DNA of 64,000 nucleotides from an uncultured Acidobacteriota bacterium (GCA_963825245.1 CAWGSJ010000005.1:93608-157607); one strand, 5' to 3'. Numbered from the stretch's first letter, positions 18,711 through 27,661 are shown. The notes: generated by a model not told the origin, from the letters alone. Numbers and translations: made by a program.

Positions 18711-19493
18711 CTAAACCCCGAGCTGCGTCGCCAGCTCTCTGAAATCGCGGGCCATGAAGTCGTAGCTGCCGTCGGCAGGCCGGTTGGGTGTGCGTGCCGC
18801 ACCGAACTCGAGCGGTCGGTGCACGTACGCCGTCTTCAGACCGAGCTTTTTCGCCGCGTCGAGATCACCGGCGTGCGCGGCAACCATCATCACAGCGGCC
18901 GGCTCGACGTCCCAGAACTCCGCCGCCATCAGATAGGTTTCGCGATCCGGCTTGTAGTGCTTCACCAGCTCCGTGGAGAGGATGGCGTCCCACGGCAGGC
19001 CCGCCTGCTTGGCCATGTTCGTCAGCAGCGAAACGTTGCCGTTCGAGAGCGGCGCGATGACGAATTTCTTCTTCAGCCGCGTGAGGCCCTGAACCGAGTC
19101 GGGCCAGGGCTTGAGCCGATGCCAGACGTAGTTCAGGTGTTTCTTCTCCTCCTCGGACAGGTTCTCGATCTTGTATTTCGCGAGCAGCTGATCCAGCACC
19201 ATGCGATGCAGCGCGTCGAGCTTCGTCCAGGGCAGCTTGCCGGTGCGCACCAGGTTCATCGACGGCCCGTAGCCGCCGCGCCAGGCGTCGGCAAACGCCG
19301 CCCAGTCGACGCTCAGCCCCTTGGCCTTCCCCAGCTTCTCGCATTCGGCGATCACCGACCCGCGCCAGTCGACGACCGTTCCGAAGGTGTCGAAGACGAG
19401 AATGCGGACGCCGTTGGCCTGCGCGGGAGCCTCGCGGGCTTGCAGGAGCGCGGCGGCGGCCAGCGATCCGGCGACGAATTCGCGGCGATTCAT
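18711..19493 (-). CDS. Haloacid dehalogenase type II (HAD superfamily) with Tat-like signal
   Basis: MNRREFVAGSLAAAALL signal, motif I VFDTFGTVVDW, PLSNGN, and KPDRETY...AAHAGDLDAAKKLG. The start overlaps the upstream stop (ATGA at 19490-19493). Confidence 0.8.
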   Translation of the reverse strand: MNRREFVAGSLAAAALLQAREAPAQANGVRILVFDTFGTVVDWRGSVIAECEKLGKAKGLSVDWAAFADAWRGGYGPSMNLVRTGKLPWTKLDALHRMVLDQLLAKYKIENLSEEEKKHLNYVWHRLKPWPDSVQGLTRLKKKFVIAPLSNGNVSLLTNMAKQAGLPWDAILSTELVKHYKPDRETYLMAAEFWDVEPAAVMMVAAHAGDLDAAKKLGLKTAYVHRPLEFGAARTPNRPADGSYDFMARDFRELATQLGV

Positions 19494-20224
19494 GGAGTCC
19501 TCTTTCGCACGATGTTGAAGAACGAGAAAACTCTCGACAGCGTCTCACGGTTCTGCGAGACGAACAGCGAATGGTCGCCGCCCTTGACCTCGACGTAGAC
19601 GTGCTCCATCCCGAGCTCTTTCATCTTCGCGACCCACTGCCGCGTCTGGGCGACCGGCACGGTCTGATCGTTGTCGCCGTGCAGCACGAGGATCGGCACG
19701 TTCCTGAAGCCCTCGAGCTGGGCCGGCGGCGCCGACGGGGCCGGCGCGGCCACGGCGAGGCCGGCCCACAAGCCGGGATGCTTCGCCGCAAGATGGTAGG
19801 TGCCGGCCCCGCCCATCGAATGCCCCCCCTTCTCGCTCAGCTCGCCGAGATTCGCTGGCAGCTGCTCGGCGGGCGGCGCGGGTTGCGCGTTGCCGACGAG
19901 CCCCGGCCCGCGGCTGCCATACCAGCCGCGCGCATGGTAACCGAGCGGCGACACGACGATGAAGCCGTCGCGCTCGGCGAAATCGATCAGGCCCTCGTAG
20001 CCCATCATCCAGTCGAACGGTCGTCCGAGGCCATGGAGCGCGACGATCAGCGGCCATTTCTTCGACGCGTTGTAGGTGGAGGGCACGAACAGCGCGTAGG
20101 GAATCGTCTTCCCGCTCTCGGCGAAGACGTAGGTCCGTTCCTGGACCCGCTGGTCGGCGCGGACGACGGTGCCCGCCTCCTGGGCGGCGAGCGCGGCGGC
20201 AAGGGCGAGTGTTATCGCGATCAT
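19490..20224 (-). CDS. Alpha/beta hydrolase (secreted esterase/PHB-depolymerase-like)
   Basis: Start at ATG 20224 (MIAITLALAAALAAQ signal). It has the GHSMGG nucleophile elbow and PILVLHGDNDQTVP. The track ORF start (20368) adds an unlikely 48-aa extension. Confidence 0.75.
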   Translation of the reverse strand: MIAITLALAAALAAQEAGTVVRADQRVQERTYVFAESGKTIPYALFVPSTYNASKKWPLIVALHGLGRPFDWMMGYEGLIDFAERDGFIVVSPLGYHARGWYGSRGPGLVGNAQPAPPAEQLPANLGELSEKGGHSMGGAGTYHLAAKHPGLWAGLAVAAPAPSAPPAQLEGFRNVPILVLHGDNDQTVPVAQTRQWVAKMKELGMEHVYVEVKGGDHSLFVSQNRETLSRVFSFFNIVRKRTP

Positions 20225-20295
20225 GAGCACCTGACTACAATCAGTGCCATGCACTCCACGCGTGGCAGGCGACATTTTACAGGCTCGGGCCCGGA

Positions 20296-20994
20296 ATGAC
20301 GCTGCGGTGTCCGGGATGCGGCGCGCCGTCCCGAACCGGCGGCGCCCGATGCGAGTACTGCCAGGCACGGCTGGCCACGGTCGGCTGCCCGTCGTGTTTT
20401 GCCCTGTTATTCGAGGGGTCGGCCTACTGCCCGCACTGCGGCGCGGCGCAGAGCCGCGGCGAGCCGGTTGACGCCCGCCAGGTGCGGTGCCCCGCGTGCC
20501 GGGGCGCGATGCGCTGGATCACGGTCGGCGATCTCGATCTGCTCGAGTGCGAGACGTGCGACGGCACCTGGCTCGAAGCCGACGCGTTCGAGCGGCTCTG
20601 CGCCAGCCGCGAAAGCCAGGCAGCCGTGCTCCATGGCGATCCGGCGCGGCGGCAAGGCGCCGTCAGCCCGCAGCCGACCACCTACCGCCCGTGTCTGCGC
20701 TGCCGAACGATGATGAACCGCCTGAACTTCGGCCGCCGCTCGGGGACGGTCGTCGACGTCTGCCGCGGGCACGGGACGTTTCTCGACCGCGGCGAGCTGC
20801 ACCAGGTCGTGCGATTCATTCAGGACGGCGGCCTGGATCGCGCACGCCGCGCCGAAATCGAGGAGCTGCGCGAGGAACAGCGCCGGCTGCAGTCACTGCA
20901 GCACCAGGCGGGACACAGTGCGCCGGCTGCTGGCGGCTTCGCCTGGGACGAGCGCTGGTTTCGCGACTTCATGAAGGCGCTGATCGAAAAATGA
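20296..20994 (+). CDS. Multi-zinc-ribbon protein (TFIIB-type zinc ribbon, zf-TFIIB-like repeats)
   Basis: 232 aa with CPGC..CEYC, CPSC..CPHC, CPAC...CETCDGTWLEADAFERL and CLRC...CRGHGTFLDRGELHQVV. Confidence 0.7.
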   Translation: MTLRCPGCGAPSRTGGARCEYCQARLATVGCPSCFALLFEGSAYCPHCGAAQSRGEPVDARQVRCPACRGAMRWITVGDLDLLECETCDGTWLEADAFERLCASRESQAAVLHGDPARRQGAVSPQPTTYRPCLRCRTMMNRLNFGRRSGTVVDVCRGHGTFLDRGELHQVVRFIQDGGLDRARRAEIEELREEQRRLQSLQHQAGHSAPAAGGFAWDERWFRDFMKALIEK

Positions 20995-21653
20995 TGCGCA
21001 TGAGTGACATCAGTTCAACGAATAGGCGCTTGCCTTCTCTCGGCGAGGAGATCGCGAATAGCGTGAGCCACGGGGTCGGGGTGCTCGCCGCTCTGGCGGC
21101 GACTCCATTCCTGGTGCTGGCCGCCGCTCGGCGTGGTGGTGCACTCGCGATTGTTGGCGCAAGCGTCTTCGCGGGAACCACCGTCGTTCTGTACTTGGCC
21201 TCGACCCTGTATCACGCCTTGCCGAGGAACCGAGCGAAACGCGTGTTTCAGGTCATCGATCACAGCGCGATCTTCCTGCTGATCGCCGGGACATACACGC
21301 CCTTCACGCTCGGCGTGCTGCGTGGCGCGTGGGGCTGGACGTTGTTCGGTGTCGTTTGGGGTCTGGCGGTTCTCGGCGTCACGCTGAAGTCGCTGGGTGG
21401 AATCAGGTACCCTCGGCTGTCGGCAATGCTGTATCTAGGCATGGGGTGGCTCGCGCTGATCGCGATTCGACCGCTGTGGGTTCACCTGCCGGCGGCAGGC
21501 TGGCTGTGGCTCATCGCGGGAGGCCTCGCCTACACGGCTGGCATGGCGTTCTATGCGGCAGAACGCGTGAGGTATGGCCATTTGGTCTGGCACCTGTTCG
21601 TCCTGTTGGGCACAGGGTGTCACTTTATTGCGGTGCTGTGGTACGCGGCTTAG
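20991..21653 (+). CDS. Hemolysin III / PAQR-family channel protein
   Basis: The ATG at 20991 overlaps the upstream TGA (ATGA). It has EEIANSVSHGVG...STLYHAL...IDHSAIFLLIAGTYTPF...HLVWHLFVLLGTGCHF and 7 TM segments. Confidence 0.9.
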   Translation: MMRMSDISSTNRRLPSLGEEIANSVSHGVGVLAALAATPFLVLAAARRGGALAIVGASVFAGTTVVLYLASTLYHALPRNRAKRVFQVIDHSAIFLLIAGTYTPFTLGVLRGAWGWTLFGVVWGLAVLGVTLKSLGGIRYPRLSAMLYLGMGWLALIAIRPLWVHLPAAGWLWLIAGGLAYTAGMAFYAAERVRYGHLVWHLFVLLGTGCHFIAVLWYAA

Positions 21654-22324
21654 CGGACGTTCAGGCCGTCGCTTTCGATCTGGACGGAACCCTGCTTGAC
21701 CGCCGTCGAAGCTTCGATCGGTTTGTTCGGGACCAATGGACGCGCTTTTCTCACGCGCTCCAGTCTGTGGACGTTGAGCAGTACGTTCAGACTCTCGTAC
21801 AACTCGATCGCGACGGCTATGGTCCGCGCAGGGAACTGTTTACCGGCATGGTTGCGCGGGTCGGGCTACCGGCTGCCCTGGCCGAGACCTTGCTGAACGA
21901 CTACCGCGCTGGATTTCCGAGCGCCTGCGTGCTCTTCCCCGATGCGGCTCGGACGCTGTCTGCTCTTCGCGCATCCGGCTTGAAGCTCGGGCTGATCACG
22001 AATGGCTCCGTCCGGATGCAGAGTCGCAAGCTCGAATGCCTGGCTCTGTCACCGATGTTTGACACCGTCATCATTTCTGACGAGGCCGGTGTCAGCAAAC
22101 CGGATCGGCGGATTTTTCACATGGCCTTGGAGCGACTCAGGGCCGATCCCTCTCAGGCAGTGTTTGTGGGTGATCACCCCGACATAGACGTGGCAGGGGC
22201 GCGAGCTGCGGGTATGCGAGCGGTTTGGCGGCGAGACCCCCTTGTGTCAGGGGCAGTCGAGGCCGATGCCGTTGTCGAAGAGCTCGGCGATCTTTTTGCC
22301 CTGCTAGGGTTGCCATGTCCCTGA
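21638..22324 (+). CDS. HAD-superfamily hydrolase (subfamily IA-like)
   Basis: The GTG at 21638 overlaps the hlyIII end by 16 nt. Motif I is AFDLDGTLLD, motif II is ITNGS, and motifs III/IV are KPDRRIF...VGDHPDIDVAGARAAGM. Confidence 0.8.
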   Translation: MVRGLADVQAVAFDLDGTLLDRRRSFDRFVRDQWTRFSHALQSVDVEQYVQTLVQLDRDGYGPRRELFTGMVARVGLPAALAETLLNDYRAGFPSACVLFPDAARTLSALRASGLKLGLITNGSVRMQSRKLECLALSPMFDTVIISDEAGVSKPDRRIFHMALERLRADPSQAVFVGDHPDIDVAGARAAGMRAVWRRDPLVSGAVEADAVVEELGDLFALLGLPCP

Positions 22325-22851
22325 AGTCGATCCGCGCCTGGCTTGGCGTCGATCACCCGGAGAAGGACGAGTTCGCGCCGCTGCGCGAGACGCTCGAAGC
22401 GCTGGATCATCTCGAACCCGACCGCGCCCGGTATCTCGGCGCGTTTGCCTACCTGCTCGGCCGCGTCGCGCACGCCGATCAGCACGTCTCGCCTGAGGAA
22501 ACGAGCGCCATGGAGGCGCTCGTCCGCGAACACGGCCAGCTGCCGCACGACCAGGCGATGACGGTGGTGCAGCTGGCGAAGACCAGCAACCTGCTGTTTG
22601 GCGGGACCGCCAACTTCCTCGTCGCGCGGGAGTTTTCCGCGCTGGCCACCTACGACCAGAAGCTCGCGCTGATGCGGTGCTTGTTCGAGGTGTCGGCCAC
22701 AGACGAGGCGATCTCGACCGCCGAGGAAGGCGAGATCCATCGCATCGCCAACGAGCTTCGCATCAATCGGCCCGATCTGGTCGCGCTGCGCGTGGCCCAT
22801 CGGCGCCACCTGCCCGGGCTGTCGCGCGAGAAACCCCTTCCCCGCGAGTAA
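22315..22851 (+). CDS. TerB-family (tellurite-resistance-like) protein
   Basis: The ATG at 22315 overlaps the HAD gene by 10 nt. AFAYLLGRVAHADQHVSPEETSAMEALV and CLFEVSATDEAISTAEEGEIHRIANEL are TerB-like paired helices. Confidence 0.6.
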   Translation: MSLKSIRAWLGVDHPEKDEFAPLRETLEALDHLEPDRARYLGAFAYLLGRVAHADQHVSPEETSAMEALVREHGQLPHDQAMTVVQLAKTSNLLFGGTANFLVAREFSALATYDQKLALMRCLFEVSATDEAISTAEEGEIHRIANELRINRPDLVALRVAHRRHLPGLSREKPLPRE

Positions 22852-22872
22852 CATTGGAGACAGGAGCAGACG

Positions 22873-23628
22873 ATGGCTGGTGTGATGACAATGCGGTCCG
22901 GTAACCCGGCACTGACGGCCGACACATTTGCGAAGTACCGAGCGGTTCCCGGCACGGAGCGAATGACGCTCAGCGGAACGGTCAATAAGACGGCCCTTTC
23001 ACTCGTCATCTTGCTGGTGGCGGCCAGCTACGTTTGGAACCGCGGGGCGTCCGATCCGACCCTCGGGGCGTGGATCATGGTTTCAGCCGTGGCAGGGCTC
23101 GTCGTCGCCCTGGTCACGGTCTTCAAGCAGACGTGGGCCCCTTACACGACGCCGGTCTACGCCGCCCTTGAAGGCGTGGCGCTCGGTGGAATCTCGGTCG
23201 TGTTCGAGGCCAGGTATCCAGGGATCGTCAGCCAGGCAGTGTTCCTCACTTTTGGGACGCTGGGCGCGCTGCTCATGGCGTATCGGTCCGGCGTGATCCG
23301 GGCCACGGAGAACTTCAAGCTGGGCGTCGTGGCCGCGACGGGCGGGATCGCCCTGCTGTATCTTCTAAGTTTCGTTCTCGGCTTCTTCGGGGTGAGCGTG
23401 CCACTGATTCACTCCAGCGGGACGTTCGGGATTCTGTTCAGCGTGTTTGTGGTCGTGATCGCAGCCCTCAATCTTGTCCTCGACTTCGACTTCATCGAAC
23501 AAGGAGTGGAGCGCGGCGCGCCGAAGCACATGGAGTGGTACGGCGCGTTCGGGCTGCTCGTCACCCTGGTGTGGCTGTACTTGGAAATCCTGCATCTGCT
23601 GGCTAAGCTCAATTCTCGACAGCGCTAG
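22873..23628 (+). CDS. Bax inhibitor-1/YccA-family membrane protein
   Basis: 251 aa with 7 TM segments. NPALTADTFAKY...VNKTALSLVILLV...LDFDFIEQGVERGAPKHMEWYGAFGLLVTLVWLYLEILHLL is characteristic of the BaxI_1 type. Confidence 0.75.
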   Translation: MAGVMTMRSGNPALTADTFAKYRAVPGTERMTLSGTVNKTALSLVILLVAASYVWNRGASDPTLGAWIMVSAVAGLVVALVTVFKQTWAPYTTPVYAALEGVALGGISVVFEARYPGIVSQAVFLTFGTLGALLMAYRSGVIRATENFKLGVVAATGGIALLYLLSFVLGFFGVSVPLIHSSGTFGILFSVFVVVIAALNLVLDFDFIEQGVERGAPKHMEWYGAFGLLVTLVWLYLEILHLLAKLNSRQR

Positions 23629-24560
23629 TGATAGTGCGAGTCCATCTCGCCGGCGCGAATCGCGACCGCCAGCACGTTTGTCTTAGGCGGTAACGGGCAG
23701 TTGTAATGATCCGAGACCGAGCAGGCGGGGTTGTACGCGAAGTTGAAGTCGAGCAGGTAATTGCCGTTCGACAGTTTCTTCACGTCCACGTAGCGGCCCA
23801 GCTCGTAGCTTTCCTTCCCGCTGGTCGCGTCGCGAAAGAACACGCTGATGTCGTTCTCGCCGACGCCCGGCTCGAGCAGGCGGACCGCCTCCAGCCGGAC
23901 CGGCGTCGCGCCGACCACGAAGTCGAACCAGCCGACGCGCTGCGCGTTGCGCGTGTTGCCGCGCGTCGACTGGATGACCATCGTTTCCGGTTTCGGGTGG
24001 GGAGTCAGCGGCAACTCATACCGGTAAGCGAGGTCGACCGGGAAATACTTCAATCCCTTGTATGCCTTGAAGTGGGGGCTCTTCGGGTCGAAGACGATGA
24101 TCCCCGGGTACCGCTGATGTGAGAGCCGCAGCTGAAACCGGCCGATGCCGACGCTGGAGGGATCGACGACCGCTTCGCGTTTCTGCTCGGTTCCGACCTT
24201 GAATTCAGCGCCAGCGTCCACCGCCTGCACGCGGAACTTATCGCCCTCGACCGTCACCCTCAAGTGATGCGCCATGACCTCGCCATCGTCGATGCGCAGG
24301 TCGTTCCCGGCGGCGCGGCCGATCGTCAGCGTCTTCTTTGTCCCGAAGTCCTGCCGGTCGACGGTCGCGAGATACGAGGTGATGTCGCTCTTCAGCCACG
24401 CCTCGGTATCGGCGCGGTCCTTCATGATCTCCTTGACGGCCGTGTCGGCGGCCGCCTTCGCGAGCTTGACTGGCCAGGCCGGTTCGGCGGCTGCGACGGC
24501 GCCGCCCAGGGCGGCGCCCATGGCGGCCCCCAGGAGAGCGAAGCCGAGCAGCGCCTTCAT
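23625..24560 (-). CDS. DUF1684-domain protein with FHA-like N-terminal module, secreted
   Basis: Start at ATG 24560 (MKALLGFALLGAAMG). TIGRAAGNDLRIDDGEVMAHHLRVTVEG is FHA-like. The C-terminal half (YFPVDLAYRY...FRDATSGKESYELGRYVDV...FNFAYNPACSVSDHYNCPLPP) is DUF1684. Confidence 0.75.
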   Translation of the reverse strand: MKALLGFALLGAAMGAALGGAVAAAEPAWPVKLAKAAADTAVKEIMKDRADTEAWLKSDITSYLATVDRQDFGTKKTLTIGRAAGNDLRIDDGEVMAHHLRVTVEGDKFRVQAVDAGAEFKVGTEQKREAVVDPSSVGIGRFQLRLSHQRYPGIIVFDPKSPHFKAYKGLKYFPVDLAYRYELPLTPHPKPETMVIQSTRGNTRNAQRVGWFDFVVGATPVRLEAVRLLEPGVGENDISVFFRDATSGKESYELGRYVDVKKLSNGNYLLDFNFAYNPACSVSDHYNCPLPPKTNVLAVAIRAGEMDSHYH

Positions 24561-25072
24561 CGGGAATCTCCTGGTCGAAGCGGCAGCCGGTTGTCGGGAT
24601 CCGATCGGATGATCGAGTACTTGATGTCGCTTTCGAGCGCGCTCCACCAGTGCGGCGTGCGGCCGGGGATGATGATGACGTCGCCCTTGACGACGCGGCG
24701 GCTCACGCCGCCTTCGATGCGGCTGCCTCGCACGGTCGTGCTCTTGGGGTCGCGCCGCTCATCGACGAGCCGCCCGCCGGTGACGAGCGTGCCGGCGCCC
24801 TCGAGCATCTGGTAGACCTCGGTGGTGCGAACCTCGTGCAGGACCGCGTCCTGCTTCACCGATTTCGGGCGGAACACGCCATACACGCCGACGCGGTAGC
24901 CGCCGACGTCGACGACCTTGATCGGCAGATCGCTGATCGCGTCCTTCGGCAGCTTGTCGATGAAGGCGGTGATCTCGGCAGAGGTGAGGTCGGCTGCCGG
25001 AAGCGGCGGCTGCTGGGCGACTGCGATGAGCCCGGTGACCACGATCAAGCAAAGCGTTAAGGTAGATCGCAT
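24557..25072 (-). CDS. Cupin-domain protein, secreted
   Basis: 171 aa with a signal peptide. HEVRTTEVYQMLEGAGTLVTGG...VVKGDVIIIPGRTPHWW is a cupin barrel. The stop overlaps the next start (ATGA at 24557-24560). Confidence 0.7.
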   Translation of the reverse strand: MRSTLTLCLIVVTGLIAVAQQPPLPAADLTSAEITAFIDKLPKDAISDLPIKVVDVGGYRVGVYGVFRPKSVKQDAVLHEVRTTEVYQMLEGAGTLVTGGRLVDERRDPKSTTVRGSRIEGGVSRRVVKGDVIIIPGRTPHWWSALESDIKYSIIRSDPDNRLPLRPGDSR

Positions 25073-25081
25073 AGGGCTGGA

Positions 25082-25546
25082 TCATACTCGGCCGCGAGCC
25101 AAGCGCTTGAGCAGCTGAATCTGGCCGGCATGATACAGGTCGTGGGCGGCAACGCCCGATAAGAGCGCGAAGTTGCTGACCTTGCTGCCTCTGGGAGTGC
25201 GGGCGAGCGCCGGGGCCGGCAGGCGGCGGACCGACTCGCGCAGCACGCGGTGCATCTCGTCGAGCAGCGCGACGTCGGATCGCCAGGCGGCCTCCGATCG
25301 CTCGACCGGACGCTTGAACCAGTTAGAGCCCTTCAGCGGGAACGAGCCCCTCGTCGCGCCCGTCAGCCGCCGCCACGCCGCGTATTTCCAGTAGGCGGCG
25401 TGCACGGCAATCTCCCAGATGTTGTGGCGCGCCGGACCGGGGCGCCACGCGGCCTGCTCCGGCGTCACGCGGCGCAGCGAACCGCGCAGGTTCGTCCCGT
25501 GCCAGGACGGACGATCGTAGGCTTGATCGAGGAGCGAAAGGATCAC
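25082..25546 (-). CDS. DinB-family protein
   Basis: 154 aa. SWHGTNLRGSL...NIWEIAVHAAYWKY...GVAAHDLYHAGQIQLLKRL is the DinB four-helix His-triad pattern. Confidence 0.8.
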   Translation of the reverse strand: MILSLLDQAYDRPSWHGTNLRGSLRRVTPEQAAWRPGPARHNIWEIAVHAAYWKYAAWRRLTGATRGSFPLKGSNWFKRPVERSEAAWRSDVALLDEMHRVLRESVRRLPAPALARTPRGSKVSNFALLSGVAAHDLYHAGQIQLLKRLARGRV

Positions 25547-25581
25547 ACTGCTGCCTCACTGCCGTTCGACGTCTGTGAAAC

Positions 25582-25971
25582 CTATTTCGGATCGACCGCC
25601 GTCGGGAACTCGTACCAGATTTCGAACTCGTAGCCGTCGGGATCGAGGGCGAACAGGTACGGCTCGCCGGGGACGAACTCGCCGTGCTCGCGGACGGTGC
25701 CGCCGGCCGCCTCGACGGCGGCCCGCGCGTGATCGATGTCGGCGGGATCGATCAGCCGGAACCCGAAGTGCACGATGCCGCCGGCGCGGCCCGCGCGTTC
25801 ATGATCCTCCTCGAGCACCAGCACGTCGCGGGTGCCTGGTGTCTGCAGCTGCACGAAGGCGTCCTGGCGGTAGACCTCGACCGCGCCAAACAACTGCTTG
25901 TAGAACGCCGCCGAACGATTGACATCGCGAACACCAAGCGCGATGTGAGTGAGCCCGTAGGTACGAATCAC
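25582..25971 (-). CDS. VOC-family (glyoxalase/bleomycin resistance/dioxygenase) protein
   Basis: 129 aa. LTHIALGVRDVNRSAAFYKQLFG...HFGFRL...LFALDPDGYEFEIW. Confidence 0.8.
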   Translation of the reverse strand: MIRTYGLTHIALGVRDVNRSAAFYKQLFGAVEVYRQDAFVQLQTPGTRDVLVLEEDHERAGRAGGIVHFGFRLIDPADIDHARAAVEAAGGTVREHGEFVPGEPYLFALDPDGYEFEIWYEFPTAVDPK

Positions 25972-26017
25972 CCCGCCTCCCTTCCAGCATCCTTCTCGTT
26001 CGCACGGCGCAGCGCCC

Positions 26018-26461
26018 TCACACGCCGATGTCTTCGTTCCAGAGCGCCGGATGATCGCGGATGAAATCCGTCATCATCCGGATGCAGTCAGGATTCTGCA
26101 GGATCTCGACGGCCACACCTCGCGCGGTCAGCAGCTCTTCGTCGCCCCGAAAGGTCTGGTTCTCGCCGATCACGACCCGGGGAATGCCGTAGAGCAGGAT
26201 GGCGCCCGTGCACATTGGACACGGCGAGAGCGTCGTATACAGGACCGATTCGCGATAGACCGCGGCCGGCTGGCGGCCGGCGTTCTCGAGCGCGTCCATT
26301 TCGCCGTGCAGCACGACGCTGCCGCGCTGCACGCGGCGATTATGACCGCGACCGAGGATGCGGCCGCGGTGCACGAGCACCGAACCGATCGGAATGCCTC
26401 CCTCGCGCAGGCCCGTTTCCGCCTCCGCGATCGCCGCCGCCATGAACTCGTCGACCGGCAC
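26018..26461 (-). CDS. CDA-fold nucleoside/cytosine deaminase, yeast FCY1-like
   Basis: 147 aa with HGEMDALENAG and TTLSPCPMCTGAILLYGIPRVVIGEN zinc motifs, ending ...DHPALWNEDIGV. From memory it is nearly colinear with S. cerevisiae Fcy1. Confidence 0.8.
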   Translation of the reverse strand: MPVDEFMAAAIAEAETGLREGGIPIGSVLVHRGRILGRGHNRRVQRGSVVLHGEMDALENAGRQPAAVYRESVLYTTLSPCPMCTGAILLYGIPRVVIGENQTFRGDEELLTARGVAVEILQNPDCIRMMTDFIRDHPALWNEDIGV

Positions 26462-26496
26462 GGTACTGGAGGAAATGCACTCCCCCGTTCGTTTTG

Positions 26497-27603
26497 CTAC
26501 TTCGCGTACTTGGTCAGTCCGCCGCCGGCCGCCTGCCGCGAGATTGGCCCTTCGGCCGCGAACACGTTGCCGTCGGCATCGACCGCAACGCCTTCGCCCG
26601 CCGCGCCCTGTGCAGCGCCTGTCGGCAGCGCGTGCGGCGGGATGAACTGCAGCACCTTGTCTTCCTTCGTCGTCCCGATGCGGACGCCGGTCTTCCAGTT
26701 CGGGTGCCGTTCAGGGCTCGATTCTGAGTCGATCGCATACAGCATGTCGTTGCGGGTGATGAACAGACCGCTGATGCGGCTGAACTGCTTCCACTCCTCG
26801 AGGAACTTGCCGTCCTGGTCGAAGATCTGGATCCGGTGATTGCCGCGATCGGCGACGAACAGGCGGCCGCGGGAATCCATCGCCATCGCGTGCGGGGTGC
26901 GGAACTCGCCAGGGCCAGATCCGAACTTGCCCCACTCCTTCACGAACTTGCCGTCCTTCGTGAACTTCACGATGCGGGCGTTGGTGTCGGGCGTCGCGGT
27001 CGGGTTCTGGCCGCTGTGGCCGTCTGACACGAAGATGTCGCCGTTCGGCGCCGTGATCACGTCGTTCGGCTCGTTGAACGTATCCGTGCCCCGCTGTCCG
27101 ACGCCCGGCTTGCCCAGCGTCAGCAGCACCTTGCCGTCCGGGCTGAACTTCCGGACGGTATGGCCCTTCCCCGTTTCGTTCGGAAACTTCGCCAGCTCCT
27201 CCTTGCTCGCGGCGCGGCCGTCGGTGACCCAGACGTTGCCGTCGCGATCCACGTGAATGCCGTGCGGGAAGATGAACTGGCCGCGCCCGAAGCTCGCGAG
27301 CAGCTTGCCGCTGCTGCGATCGAACTTCACGATCGGATCGGCGTTCGAACCGGCGCACGAGTTGGAGCCGCACCGATCGTACGCCCAGAGCTGACCGTCC
27401 GGTCCGATGTCGACGCCCGCGGTGTTCCCCCACATCCTGCCGTCGGGCAGCGCGCCGAAGTTCTTGATGACTTTGGGATTGGGATTCGGCAGCGACTTGC
27501 TCGCCGGATCGACGATCTCGCCCTGTGTGAGCGCCGTCACGCCGGAGAGCAGTGCGGCCGCTGCGGCAGCGGCGAGTGCACCCTTGAGACGTGGAACTGA
27601 CAT
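26497..27603 (-). CDS. NHL-repeat beta-propeller protein (peptidyl-alpha-hydroxyglycine lyase-like), secreted
   Basis: Start at ATG 27603 (GGAGG 6 nt upstream; an alternative ATG is at 27615). It has a signal peptide and repeated motifs FPHGIHVDRDGNVWVTD, PNDVITAPNGDIFVSD, PHAMAMDSRGRLFVADRGNHRIQIF. Confidence 0.7.
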   Translation of the reverse strand: MSVPRLKGALAAAAAAALLSGVTALTQGEIVDPASKSLPNPNPKVIKNFGALPDGRMWGNTAGVDIGPDGQLWAYDRCGSNSCAGSNADPIVKFDRSSGKLLASFGRGQFIFPHGIHVDRDGNVWVTDGRAASKEELAKFPNETGKGHTVRKFSPDGKVLLTLGKPGVGQRGTDTFNEPNDVITAPNGDIFVSDGHSGQNPTATPDTNARIVKFTKDGKFVKEWGKFGSGPGEFRTPHAMAMDSRGRLFVADRGNHRIQIFDQDGKFLEEWKQFSRISGLFITRNDMLYAIDSESSPERHPNWKTGVRIGTTKEDKVLQFIPPHALPTGAAQGAAGEGVAVDADGNVFAAEGPISRQAAGGGLTKYAK

Positions 27604-27619
27604 GGCTGCCTCCATGCGA

Positions 27620-27661
27620 GTAGGGCGGACCTCTCAGGTCCGCCGGACCTTCAGGTCCGCC
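27620..27661 (+). repeat. REP-like element, plus-strand orientation, tandemly duplicated
   Basis: GTAG+GGCGGACC-TCTCA-GGTCCGCC is immediately followed by GGACC-TTCA-GGTCCGCC. It is the only copy with its head on the plus strand. Confidence 0.7.

Noticed and set aside
23625-23628. Convergent genes (BI-1 and DUF1684) overlap through the palindromic tetranucleotide CTAG, which supplies the TAG stop on both strands.
   Set aside because: It is real but trivial. A 4-nt overlap of convergent stops has no obvious functional implication.
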